Source: Acidobacteriota bacterium (GTDB taxonomy: Bacteria > Acidobacteriota > UBA890 > WLXD01). Taken from it: a DNA stretch of 64,000 nucleotides. Location: positions 960,001-1,024,000 of the forward strand of contig CBDFKD010000002.1 in the NCBI GenBank assembly GCA_965248695.1. The letters are read 5' to 3'. The translations under genes were made by a program, and so were the position numbers. How positions within the stretch are numbered: the first letter of the stretch is position 1; each line of letters starts with the position of its first letter. The notes under the pieces were generated by a model. That model made no database searches. It saw only the letters and a program-made list of their open reading frames with translations, and had not been told where the DNA came from. Of this stretch, positions 19,071-28,859 are shown piece after piece.

Positions 19071-21125
19071 TTGCCGAGTTCGGAGACCCATACCGACGAG
19101 AGCGTCGACAACGCCGCGCGCTTGAGTCAGATCCTCGAGAAACGCGCCGGCGGGCTCTGTCTGGTGCCCAACTCGGGATTCGACCTTCTGGCGAAGGCCG
19201 ACCTGTCGCCCGAGCTGCGAGCCCAGCTATTCGCGACCTATTGCCGGCTGAACATCCTCTACATGGTGGCGCGCGCGGGTTCGGGCCACCCCGGAACCTG
19301 CCTCAGCTCGATCGACTTGATGTCGTGGCTGTATCTGAACGAGATCCGAGGCCTGGATGACGACCCCGGCAGCGCCGACGTGTTCTTCTCGTCCAAGGGA
19401 CACGATGCACCGGCGTTTTATACCGTGCTGATCGGGCTCGGGCTCCTCGACGCCGACTACTTACACAAGCTACGCCGTCTCGGCGGTCTGCCCGGCCATC
19501 CGCACATCGAGACGCCGCACGTCTACGCTGGCACCGGCTCGCTCGGAATGGGCATATCCAAGGCCAAGGGCATGATCACCGCCAACCGATTGCTCGGCCA
19601 CGACCGTCATGTCTACGTCATGACCGGTGACGGTGAGCTCCAGGAGGGACAGATCTGGGAGTCTCTGTCGACCGCCGCCAGAGAGCGCATGGGCGAGCTG
19701 ACGGCGATCGTCGATCACAACAAGATCCAGTCCGATACCTGGGTCGCCGACGTCAGCGATCTCGGCGATGTAGGCGCCAAGTTCGCCGCCTTCGGCTGGG
19801 AGGCGGCCCGTTGCGACGGCCACGATGTCGGCGCGATCGGCGCGATCATGCGGCGTTTCCGTGGCATCACCGATCGCCCCAAGGTGCTCGTGGCGGACAC
19901 CGTCAAAGGCAAGGGCGTGACCTTCATGGAGGGGCCGCAAGCCCTCGAGGGCGGCGAGCTCTATGCCTTCCACAGCGGTGCCCCGAGCGTCGATCAGTAC
20001 GATGCCGCCATCCGTGAAGTGCTCGGCCGCGCGCTGATGTTGCACGCGCAAGCCGACATTGACGACCTCGAGATCGAATGGCTCGAACGTGACGTGCACG
20101 CCAAGCACAGCGGGTTCGGGAACGTCCATCGGTTGATGGCGGCCTACGAAGACGAACTGGTCAAACAGGCCCAAACGAACGACAAGATCGTGGTGTTCAA
20201 CGCCGATCTGGTCAAAGACTGCGGCTTGATCGCCTTCCAGGAGCAGTTCCCCGAGCGTTTCATCGAGTGCGGTATCGCCGAGCAGGACATGGTCTCGCAG
20301 GCGAGCGGACTGGCACAGATGGGCATGCTACCGATGTGTCACTCGTTTGCGTGCTTCCTGTCGACGCGACCGAATGAGCAGATCTACAACGCCGCCACGG
20401 AACACGAGAAGGTGATCTATGTCGGTTCGCTGGCGGGCTTGCTGCCCGGCGGGCCGGGACACTCGCACCAATCGGTACGGGACATCTCGGCGCTGGGGGC
20501 AGTTCCGGACCTGTGGCTGGTGGAGCCGTGTCAGGAATCGGAGGTACGGCAGGTCCTCGGCTGGGCAATCAACGACAACGCCTACAGTACCTACATCCGG
20601 CTGTGCTCGATGGGCTGGGATATGCCCTTCGACCTACCGGAGGACTACGTGCTTACCCCTGGCAAGGGGGTCGTGGTTCGTGAGGGCGACGATGGCGCCG
20701 TGTTCGCCTACGGACCTTGGCTGCTCTCCAACGCCTACGAGGCCGCCGAGCTATTGGCGCGCGAGCGCTCGATCGACCTGCAGGTGGTCGATTTGCCGTG
20801 GCTGAATCGCGTCGACGATCAGTGGCTCGTCGAGGTCATCGGCGACCGGCCATGGGTGGTCGCCCTGGACAACCACTACGAGCACGGTGGGCAGGCCGAG
20901 ATGCTACTGGCAAGGATCGCCGAGTCGGGTGTCCGTGTCGGCGCCGGGCGACTCGGCATGGGTGCCATACCCGAATGCGGCTCGACTCAGGAAGTGCTCG
21001 AGCATCATGGCCTCGACGCCCTCAACCTGGCGCGCCGGGTAGCCGAGCTGATGCAGGGCTCGGGCAACATCGATGCGGAAGCGGACGTCTCGGGTACGCG
21101 TACCAGCGATATGGGACCACAGTGA
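19071..21125 (+). CDS. Transketolase-family TPP enzyme, single chain
   Basis: AGSGHPG, SKGH, LPGHP, TGSLGMG, GDGELQEG, GIAEQDMV; TTG start after GGGAG. Confidence 0.85.
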   Translation: MPSSETHTDESVDNAARLSQILEKRAGGLCLVPNSGFDLLAKADLSPELRAQLFATYCRLNILYMVARAGSGHPGTCLSSIDLMSWLYLNEIRGLDDDPGSADVFFSSKGHDAPAFYTVLIGLGLLDADYLHKLRRLGGLPGHPHIETPHVYAGTGSLGMGISKAKGMITANRLLGHDRHVYVMTGDGELQEGQIWESLSTAARERMGELTAIVDHNKIQSDTWVADVSDLGDVGAKFAAFGWEAARCDGHDVGAIGAIMRRFRGITDRPKVLVADTVKGKGVTFMEGPQALEGGELYAFHSGAPSVDQYDAAIREVLGRALMLHAQADIDDLEIEWLERDVHAKHSGFGNVHRLMAAYEDELVKQAQTNDKIVVFNADLVKDCGLIAFQEQFPERFIECGIAEQDMVSQASGLAQMGMLPMCHSFACFLSTRPNEQIYNAATEHEKVIYVGSLAGLLPGGPGHSHQSVRDISALGAVPDLWLVEPCQESEVRQVLGWAINDNAYSTYIRLCSMGWDMPFDLPEDYVLTPGKGVVVREGDDGAVFAYGPWLLSNAYEAAELLARERSIDLQVVDLPWLNRVDDQWLVEVIGDRPWVVALDNHYEHGGQAEMLLARIAESGVRVGAGRLGMGAIPECGSTQEVLEHHGLDALNLARRVAELMQGSGNIDAEADVSGTRTSDMGPQ

Positions 21126-21832
21126 CGCTGGTCTTGCTCTGGGACATCGACGGCACCCTCCTGACCACCGAGCGGGCCGGCATCTTTGCCTGGGAAGATG
21201 CCATCGAGCAAGTTCTCGATCAGCGAGTGTCGCTGCAGGACTATCAGACGGCGGGCCTGACCGATGTGGAGATCGCTGCGCTGCTGGTGACCAAGGTATG
21301 CGAGCAAGATGACGGCGCTCGAGCAGCGCAACTGCTGCGACGCTATGAGCGTCTGCTGCCATCAAGATTGCACCGTCGGAAAGGTCGGGCCTTGCCCGGC
21401 GTGCGAGAGATACTCGAGGCTACCTGTGACCGCGAGGATGTCCTGTCGATCCTGCTCACAGGGAACACGGCTGCCGGCGCCCGGGCCAAGTTGGAACACT
21501 ACGAACTGGACGGGTACTTCAGCAGCGGCGCCTTCGCTGATGGCGCCAAGGATCGCCCGACAATCGCCCGCCGTGCGTTGAAGATCGCCGAGGCGGAGCT
21601 CCGCGGCCTCCAGCGGTGCAACGCCTTCGTGATAGGTGACACGCCGCACGATATTCAGGCCGGCAACGCCATCGGCGTGCGGACGGTCGCCGTAGCCACG
21701 GGTGGGTACACTGCTACTCAGCTGGAAGGATACGACCCGTGGTGGCTACTCGAGCAGCTGCCGACGGCAGATAGTTTCCTCGGCCATCTCGAGGCTTCAG
21801 CGCTCGAGCCCAGGGCAACGCCGGATTGTTGA
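21122..21832 (+). CDS. HAD-family phosphatase
   Basis: LWDIDGTL, LLTGN, IGDTPHD; GTGA coupling to the transketolase. Confidence 0.88.
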   Translation: MTLVLLWDIDGTLLTTERAGIFAWEDAIEQVLDQRVSLQDYQTAGLTDVEIAALLVTKVCEQDDGARAAQLLRRYERLLPSRLHRRKGRALPGVREILEATCDREDVLSILLTGNTAAGARAKLEHYELDGYFSSGAFADGAKDRPTIARRALKIAEAELRGLQRCNAFVIGDTPHDIQAGNAIGVRTVAVATGGYTATQLEGYDPWWLLEQLPTADSFLGHLEASALEPRATPDC

Positions 21833-23604
21833 GCGTGGATCCTCGCCTCAAGCAGCTAGTCAAGCGATTCGGGCTCACGAAGCGCCTGGTTGCAAACAAA
21901 CGGGGGCGCGAAACCCGGCAGTTTCGCGACTGGTGGCGGCGGCATCTTACCGACGGCGCCAGCACACCGGACCCGGACGAGCCCAGGGCCCCGACCGGTC
22001 CCACACAGGCCGCAGCACCGCGAGTGCTGATGGCGACCAGCCTGGGAGGCTGGCAGCCCGGGACCCGGCTGGACACAGTTGTAGCCCACGCGCTCCGCTT
22101 GCGCGGCGCCGAGGTGGAGGGCTGGCTGTGCGACCAGGCGCTGCCGGCATGTCAGCTCGCCGATGCCTATTTCTACCCGCGTCAGGAGGCGTTTCTCCGC
22201 AACGGTCCGATCGAGCTGTGTCGCACCTGTGCCGGCCCTGCCGAGGAGCTCTTCGAAGCCGCGCGAATCCCACTGCACCGACTGAGCAGCACGCTGACTG
22301 AGCCGCATGCCGCCGAGGCGGAGCGCGTGTCGCGCGAGCTGGAGATCGACGAGATCCTGGCCCTCGAGATCGACGGCGTGACCATCGGCGAGCACGCGCT
22401 GTCCGGCGCCCTGAGGTTCTTCGCGAGCGGCGACCTACACGACGAGCCGCAGGGGGAGGCGATTCTCCGGGCCTATCTGCGTGCTGCACTTCGGACGTTC
22501 TTTTCCTTTCGTGAGCTCCTCGACCAAACGCACTTCGACTGCGTCGTTCTGCACCACGGCATTTACGTCCCCCAAGGACCGATCGCCGATCTCTGCCGGC
22601 AGCGGAGCGTGCGCGTCGTCACCTGGCACCCCGCCTACCGGCGCAACTGCTTTACCTTCGCGGAGTCCGATACCTACCACCGGGCAATGCTCGTCGAGCC
22701 GACCTCAGTGTGGGAGCAGATGGACTGGTCGGAGGCTCATGAAGCCGCGATCATGGACTACCTCAAGAGCCGGTGGCGGGGCTCGGAGGACTGGATCTCC
22801 TTCAACGATGCACCCGAGGACAACCTGCGCAAGATCTCGGATGAGCTCGGCCTGGATCCAGACAAGCCCTGGATCGGATTGCTCACCACCGTCATGTGGG
22901 ACGCACGGTTGCACTATCCCACCAACGCCTACGAGAACGTCTGGTACTGGGTGCGCGACACGATCGAGTACTTCGCGCAGCGGCCCGACCTGCAGCTCAT
23001 CATCCGAGTGCACCCGGCGGAGGTGAGGGGACGTCTGCCAGCCCGCCAACGGATGGACGACGAGATCAAGCGCGCCTTTCCCACCCTACCGAACAACGTC
23101 GTCGTGATACCCGCAGAGAGCAGAATCAGCAGCTACGTCGTTCTTGCCAACTGCAACGCAGCGCTCATTTACGCCACCAAGATGGGCATCGAGCTGACGG
23201 CGACCGGCATTCCCACGCTAGTGGCAGGCGAAGCCTGGATACGCAACAAGGGATTCAGTTTGGATGCCGGATCACCAGCGGAGTACCGCGAGCTGCTGGA
23301 CCGACTCCCACTGCCCGAGCGCATGTCGCCGGAACAGGTGGCCCACGCCCGCAAGTACGCTTTCCACTACTTCTTCCGACGCATGATCCCGCTGCAGTTC
23401 GTGTCGCAGGGATCCAGCTCATCGCTGGGGTTCGAGGTCGACATCGAGCGGCTGGACGACCTCCAACCGGGCCGGTTCCGCGGCCTCGACGTTATCTGTG
23501 ACGGCATCCTCGAAGCCGGGAACTTCGTCTACCCAGCGGAAACAGAGATCCGCGACAAACGGCTCGGTATCAACGAGCCCGAGCCGCACCAGGCCGTGCA
23601 CTGA
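21826..23604 (+). CDS. Capsule_synth (KpsS/KpsC-like) putative CMP-ulosonate transferase
   Basis: IRVHP motif, TKMGIEL, G.P.LVAG; Cys cluster CDQALPAC...CRTC; same operon as neuAB. Confidence 0.6.
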   Translation: MLSVDPRLKQLVKRFGLTKRLVANKRGRETRQFRDWWRRHLTDGASTPDPDEPRAPTGPTQAAAPRVLMATSLGGWQPGTRLDTVVAHALRLRGAEVEGWLCDQALPACQLADAYFYPRQEAFLRNGPIELCRTCAGPAEELFEAARIPLHRLSSTLTEPHAAEAERVSRELEIDEILALEIDGVTIGEHALSGALRFFASGDLHDEPQGEAILRAYLRAALRTFFSFRELLDQTHFDCVVLHHGIYVPQGPIADLCRQRSVRVVTWHPAYRRNCFTFAESDTYHRAMLVEPTSVWEQMDWSEAHEAAIMDYLKSRWRGSEDWISFNDAPEDNLRKISDELGLDPDKPWIGLLTTVMWDARLHYPTNAYENVWYWVRDTIEYFAQRPDLQLIIRVHPAEVRGRLPARQRMDDEIKRAFPTLPNNVVVIPAESRISSYVVLANCNAALIYATKMGIELTATGIPTLVAGEAWIRNKGFSLDAGSPAEYRELLDRLPLPERMSPEQVAHARKYAFHYFFRRMIPLQFVSQGSSSSLGFEVDIERLDDLQPGRFRGLDVICDGILEAGNFVYPAETEIRDKRLGINEPEPHQAVH

Positions 23605-23607
23605 GCC

Positions 23608-24612
23608 ATGCGGCTGTCGGTCTGTTTGACCTACTACAGCGGGCTCGAGTACTTGCACGCCTGTCTTGCCTCGATTCGCGCCAACGCCCCGGCATGCAGC
23701 CACGAGATCATCGTCGTTGACGACGCGTCCGCGCTTTCCTGCGCAGAAACGGTCGGCGAGGCGGCGCCGGGGACGGTTCTCATCCGCAACCCTATGAATC
23801 TCGGGTTCGCTGCCGCCAACAACGTTGCGTGGCGCGCGTCCACGGGCGAGTTTGTCTTGTTCCTCAACAGCGACACGAAGGTACTGCCCGGAGCCCTCGA
23901 CGAGCTGGTCGCGTATCTCGAAGCGCACGCGGAGGCCGGCGTCGTCGGACCGATGGTGCTCAACGGTGACGGCAGCTTCCAGCCACAGTGTCGCCGCGGA
24001 CGCCTCACGCCACTCAGCGGTCTGACCTACTCGCTGCGTCTGGACCGGTTGTTCCCGCACAATCGCACCGTGTCCGAGTATCTGATGCGGTACACGGACA
24101 AGGAGCAGACGCAGCCGGTTCGCGCGGTGTCGGGCTGCTGCATGCTGTTCCGACGCGCCGTCCTCGACAGCGGTGGCGGGTTCGACGAGACGCTGCACCA
24201 GTACGGCGAAGATCTGGATCTTTGCTACCGAGCCGGCAATGCCGGTTGGAAGGTCGTCTATTCTCCCGGGGCGCGGATCATCCACTATGGCGGCCAGGGT
24301 GGCACCAACGTTCGCGTCGTCCGCTCGCTCTACTACTTCCATCGCTCGCTGTGGATGATATTTCTCCGCTACAACACGAACCGAGTGTTTCACCTGTACT
24401 CTTGGTTCGTGATCTTGATGCTTGCCGCCCGTTTCGGATTGTCGGCGAGCATGCTGCTGTTGGGACAGCGTCGGGCCGGTACACGTAAGGGAGCCCCGCG
24501 ATTCGCGCGCGAGACGACGCCGGCGACAACCCTGTCGGGCCAAGCTGACGAGCAGGACCGGATGACAGGAACAAATGGCGATACGGATCTCTCCCGAGAA
24601 CACGACTCCTGA
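23608..24612 (+). CDS. GT2 glycosyltransferase (WbbL/rhamnosyltransferase-like)
   Basis: IIVVDDAS, NLGFAAANN, LNSD, SGCCML, YGEDLDLC. Confidence 0.88.
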   Translation: MRLSVCLTYYSGLEYLHACLASIRANAPACSHEIIVVDDASALSCAETVGEAAPGTVLIRNPMNLGFAAANNVAWRASTGEFVLFLNSDTKVLPGALDELVAYLEAHAEAGVVGPMVLNGDGSFQPQCRRGRLTPLSGLTYSLRLDRLFPHNRTVSEYLMRYTDKEQTQPVRAVSGCCMLFRRAVLDSGGGFDETLHQYGEDLDLCYRAGNAGWKVVYSPGARIIHYGGQGGTNVRVVRSLYYFHRSLWMIFLRYNTNRVFHLYSWFVILMLAARFGLSASMLLLGQRRAGTRKGAPRFARETTPATTLSGQADEQDRMTGTNGDTDLSREHDS

Positions 24613-26113
24613 TCTCCCTGCGCGCCACAGCTCGGTGACCACGAGGGCAGCCCCGCTCGGCCTGCACCGCACCGAGCGACGCCTGTTTCTCCTCGTGGTG
24701 GATCTTGTAGCGATCAACACGGCGCTGCTTACCTACTTGATTGCGCGCGGAGATCACGCCGGTCTCGGGTTGCCGGAAAGCACTCCGCTGGATCTGAATC
24801 TCCTGTGGGCCAGACCCGGGTGGTTCTTGCTGCTTTCCGCCGCCTGGCTCCTCGCTGCCCAGGCGTTCGACGCTTATCGTCTGCAGACCGCAAATCGCTT
24901 CGCCAGCTCGGCGGCGGCTGTGCTCAAGAGCGCCATCATCGTCTTGCTGTTCTATGTCGCGGTGCCCTACCTCACGCCCACGCTACCGCCGTCACGGAGC
25001 TACCTGATCGTTCTGTTCGGCACCACGATCGGCTTACTCTTGCTCGTGCGGTCGGTTTACGTGCTGGCGCTCGGTCGCTCCGTATTCCGCCGTCCGACGC
25101 TGATCGTCGGAACCGGTTGGGCAGGCCAGACCATCGCTCGGGAGCTGCTGCAGAACGACGACGGAACGCACCTGATCGTCGGCTTCATAGGCGACAAGAA
25201 GACGCCACCCGGCACGCGACTGCAGATCGCAGACACCAGGGACGGCAAGGCCGGGATTGCCCCAATCGATCAGCGGGCCCTCACCGTCCTGGGCGATAGC
25301 GCGTCGCTGAAGGATCTGGTTGAACGGCACCACATTCGCACGATCGTGCTCGCCGCGACCGACGAGCTGGATCCGGAGCTGCTGCGGGTGCTCATGGATT
25401 GCCTGGAGTTCGGAGCTCAGATCATTCCGATGAGCCAACTGTACGAGCGCCTTACCGGCCGGGTTCCGGTCGAGCACGTCGGCGACGACTGGCATCTGGC
25501 GATGCCCCTGGAGCATCCCGGCACGGGTACGTTGCGGCCGCTGGCAAAGCGCGCCTTCGACCTGGTGTCAGCGAGCGTCGGTCTGATCCTGCTGGCGCCC
25601 TTCGTGCCGCTCATAGCTTTGGCGATCCGAATCGAGTCTCGTGGCCCGATCTTCTACACCCAACGTCGCGTCGGCAAAGGCGGTCGGGTGTTCAAAGTCT
25701 TCAAGTTCCGCTCCATGCGGTCGGGGGCCGAGGAGGACGACGCCGTCTGGTCGCAACCGGGTGATGCCAGGGTCACCAGAGTCGGCGCGATCCTGCGCGC
25801 AACGCACGTCGACGAGTTCCCTCAGTTCCTCAACATTCTGCGTGGAGAGATGAGTGCGGTCGGCCCGCGTCCGGAGCGACCGGAGTTCCTGGAGCGCCTG
25901 ATCGCCGACATTCCGTTCTACACAGTGCGCCACGCAGTAAGACCGGGAATGGCGGGATGGGCGCTGGTGAATTGCGGCTACGGCTCATCGATCGACGACG
26001 CCCTGCGCAAGCTGCAATACGACCTGTACTACATCAAGCACCAGTCTGTGTCTCTCGATCTGGTTATTCTCTTGAAGACGATCTTGCACAGTTTGGGGTT
26101 GCAGGGACGCTGA
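24575..26113 (+). CDS. Polyprenyl-phosphate hexose-1-phosphate (priming) transferase, WcaJ/WbaP family
   Basis: N-terminal TM helices; KRAFD, KFRSM, DEFPQ..N..RGEMS.VGPRPERP, DLYYI. Confidence 0.92.
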   Translation: MAIRISPENTTPDLPARHSSVTTRAAPLGLHRTERRLFLLVVDLVAINTALLTYLIARGDHAGLGLPESTPLDLNLLWARPGWFLLLSAAWLLAAQAFDAYRLQTANRFASSAAAVLKSAIIVLLFYVAVPYLTPTLPPSRSYLIVLFGTTIGLLLLVRSVYVLALGRSVFRRPTLIVGTGWAGQTIARELLQNDDGTHLIVGFIGDKKTPPGTRLQIADTRDGKAGIAPIDQRALTVLGDSASLKDLVERHHIRTIVLAATDELDPELLRVLMDCLEFGAQIIPMSQLYERLTGRVPVEHVGDDWHLAMPLEHPGTGTLRPLAKRAFDLVSASVGLILLAPFVPLIALAIRIESRGPIFYTQRRVGKGGRVFKVFKFRSMRSGAEEDDAVWSQPGDARVTRVGAILRATHVDEFPQFLNILRGEMSAVGPRPERPEFLERLIADIPFYTVRHAVRPGMAGWALVNCGYGSSIDDALRKLQYDLYYIKHQSVSLDLVILLKTILHSLGLQGR

Positions 26114-26334
26114 AGCGGCCTGGCGAAAGCCGCGAGCAGCTGCCGGAGCAGCAAATTCCACCGAGCGACGGAAAAGGAGCCCTCCGATAGCTGCACTATA
26201 ATGTCGGCGCTCCGGTCGCGGCCTCGCCCACCCTTCTCGCTGCCACCCTCGACCACGCCGCCGCAGCCCCGGTTTTGCCACCGCAATCTCGACCATGTCG
26301 CTAACCTCGGCCTGTCGTCAACCTCGGCCCGCCC

Positions 26335-27498
26335 ATGTCTGAATCCGTCGCCGTGATCGGCGGCTCCATCGCCGGACTCTACGCGGCGCAGCTGCTAGCG
26401 AGCCGGGGGCATTCCGTACGGGTTTACGAAGGTTCCGAAGGCCTCGAACCCGCTCCCAGAGCGCTCATCGTCACCGCCGCGCTGCGCGATCTTCTCGGCA
26501 ACTCGGCCAAGGATGCCGTCGTCAACGAGATCGACCGATTCGAGCTCTTCGCTAACGGCCGGAAGGTCGAGGTCGAGCTCGGACGTCCCGACCTGATCGT
26601 CGAGCGCGCCACGCTCATGCGACGGCTCGCTGAGGCGGCGGAAGCGGCTGGCGCCGAGATCGTCTGGTCCCATCGCCTCGAGCAGCTGACCGCGCGTGGG
26701 AATGGTATCGACATGCGGTTCCGGAACAACGGCACCAGGCCGATCATGGCCCGGTCGATCATCGGTGCCGACGGTGCGTTCAGTGCCGTGGCACGCGCCG
26801 CAGGCTGGCCGCCGCAGAGGCTCGTGTCGTTGGTCCAGGCCGTCGTGCGTCTGCCTGCAGACCTACCTCCGAAGACCGTGCGCGTGTGGTTCGCGCCCAG
26901 GGACACACCGTATTTCTACTGGTTGATTCCCGAATCGCCTACGTCGGGGGTTCTGGGGGTGATCGGCAACGAGGCGCGCGCGACCCGGAGCTTGATCGAT
27001 CGGTTCACGGCACATCAGCGTCTCCACGTGCTCGGTTATCAAGGGGCCAGGATCCCCGAATACGCCGGCTGGACACCCCTGCATCGGCGCATGGGAGGCG
27101 GGAACGTCTACCTCGCAGGCGACGCCGCCGGGCACGTCAAGGTAACCACCGTAGGCGGCGTGGTCGACGGCTTGTGGGGCGCTCAGGCCGTCGCCAACAC
27201 GATCACCAGCGGGCGCCGCGGCTGTGCAGCAAGCTCACTGCGGATCGAGCTGGAAATGCACCGACTGATCCGCGTCGTTCTGAATCGCTTCGGCGACGAG
27301 GACTATCAGGCCCTGTTCGAGAACCTGGGACGGTCCTCGCAGGGTTCGCTCGCACGTTACAGCCGCGACCAAGCGATCTGGCTCATGTGGGATCTGATTC
27401 GGCGACGCCCGCGGCTGGCGTGGCTTGCCGCGCGCGCCATGCTGGGCGTCAGACCGTTTCGGTCCGCGACAGCGTCGACGGCCTACACGCCTACCTAG
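26335..27498 (+). CDS. FAD-dependent oxidoreductase, geranylgeranyl reductase family
   Basis: [30 protein letters not shown]. Confidence 0.75.
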   Translation: MSESVAVIGGSIAGLYAAQLLASRGHSVRVYEGSEGLEPAPRALIVTAALRDLLGNSAKDAVVNEIDRFELFANGRKVEVELGRPDLIVERATLMRRLAEAAEAAGAEIVWSHRLEQLTARGNGIDMRFRNNGTRPIMARSIIGADGAFSAVARAAGWPPQRLVSLVQAVVRLPADLPPKTVRVWFAPRDTPYFYWLIPESPTSGVLGVIGNEARATRSLIDRFTAHQRLHVLGYQGARIPEYAGWTPLHRRMGGGNVYLAGDAAGHVKVTTVGGVVDGLWGAQAVANTITSGRRGCAASSLRIELEMHRLIRVVLNRFGDEDYQALFENLGRSSQGSLARYSRDQAIWLMWDLIRRRPRLAWLAARAMLGVRPFRSATASTAYTPT

Positions 27499-27788
27499 GG
27501 CGACACGAGATCTCGACGTTCGTTTTCGAACGCCCCTTCGGCGCGCCACAGATCGAGACCCACTGGGGCGAACACGTCGTCACCAATGCGTCCGATGAAG
27601 GTCACCTGGGCGCCGAGCCGCGCCGCCGCCACCGCCTGGTTGGAGCCCTTACCGCCCGGGCCGGTGACAAAACGATCTCCCGCGACGGTCTCGCCCGGAC
27701 GCGGCATACGCTGCACGTATGCGGTCAGATCGGTATTGAAGCTACCAACGACGACGATCCTCGCGGCCGTTCGCCCCCCGTTCTGTTG
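27495..27788 (-). pseudogene. rbsK: Ribokinase N-terminal remnant
   Basis: [11 protein letters not shown]...PRPGETV...[17 protein letters not shown]...GRIGDD; no in-frame start upstream of the conserved N-terminus (TGA at 27789-27791); similarity ends after LWRAEG. Confidence 0.85.
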
Positions 27789-27802
27789 TCAGTCAGCTCC
27801 GG

Positions 27803-28777
27803 TCAACCGCGACCTTCGGGGCTCGGGGAGTTCCGTCCCTCGGATCGACCGACGTCCGCCGCCGACGGCTCCGCTTGCAGCCCGGCGCGGTGCACCACTT
27901 CGGCGACCAGGTCCTCGCGCCGGTGGGCCATGAGGTGAACTCCGGCGACCCCGCCGATCTGCCGCACCTGTTCGATGATCTCCAGACAGATCTTGATGCC
28001 CTCCTCTTCCTGTGCCTCCTTGGACACGCCCGCCAAGCGCTCGACGACCGCATCGGGAATCACCACTCCCGGCACCCGCGTGCGAATGACGTCTGCCAGC
28101 CGCGCCGACGGCATCGGTCCAACCCCTACCAGGATGAACGCCCGCTCGTGCAGCCCTAGATCACGGATCCGCTGCATGAAGGTCTCGAAACGCGGCACGT
28201 CGAAGCAGTACTGAGTCTGGATGAAGCGCGCCCCGGCCTCGACTTTCTTGCCCATGCGATGCGGCCGCCAGTCATAGGGCGGGACGAACGGGTTGGCGGC
28301 GGCGCCGATGAAGAAGCTCGGCGGCGGATCGAGCCGGCCGTCGTTCAGGAACTGCCCGCGGTCGGACATGATCTCGGCGGTGCGCAGCAGCTGTGCCGAG
28401 TCGAGATCGAACACCCGCTTGGCGTCGGTTTGATTGCCGACGCTGGTGTCGTCGCCAGTGATCAAGAAGACGTTGCGAATCCCGCTGGCGGCCGCCCCGA
28501 GCAGGTCGCCCTGCAGGGCGATGCGATTCCGGTCGCGGCAACCGAGCTGCATGATCGGCTCGATGCCGGCGTGGTGAAGCAGAATTGAGCAGGCGAGCGG
28601 CGACATGTGTACGTTGGCACCCGTGGAGTCCGGCACGTTGATCGCGTCGACGACCGCGGCGAGGGTACGGGCGGGCGCCAGGACGACCTCGGGATCGGCG
28701 CTGTCGCGCGGGCTCAGCTCGGCAGTGACGGTGAACTTGCCGGACCGCAGGCGCTCCTCGAAGCGCGAGAGGGTCAA
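27803..28777 (-). CDS. metF: Methylenetetrahydrofolate reductase
   Basis: TAELSP, CRDRNRIALQGDL, ITGD, KKVEAGARFIQTQ. Confidence 0.9.
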   Translation of the reverse strand: MTLSRFEERLRSGKFTVTAELSPRDSADPEVVLAPARTLAAVVDAINVPDSTGANVHMSPLACSILLHHAGIEPIMQLGCRDRNRIALQGDLLGAAASGIRNVFLITGDDTSVGNQTDAKRVFDLDSAQLLRTAEIMSDRGQFLNDGRLDPPPSFFIGAAANPFVPPYDWRPHRMGKKVEAGARFIQTQYCFDVPRFETFMQRIRDLGLHERAFILVGVGPMPSARLADVIRTRVPGVVIPDAVVERLAGVSKEAQEEEGIKICLEIIEQVRQIGGVAGVHLMAHRREDLVAEVVHRAGLQAEPSAADVGRSEGRNSPSPEGRG

Positions 28778-28859
28778 CGTCGACCCTTCGCTGCGGACAG
28801 CTCGATGCGCAGGCTCGGCGGATAGCTCGTTGCACCGGATCCGCAGGTCGCCGAGCGCC

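Noticed and set aside
26262-26282. Minus-strand GG-N10-GC sigma-54-like site
   Set aside because: Poor -12 box and no downstream gene on that strand
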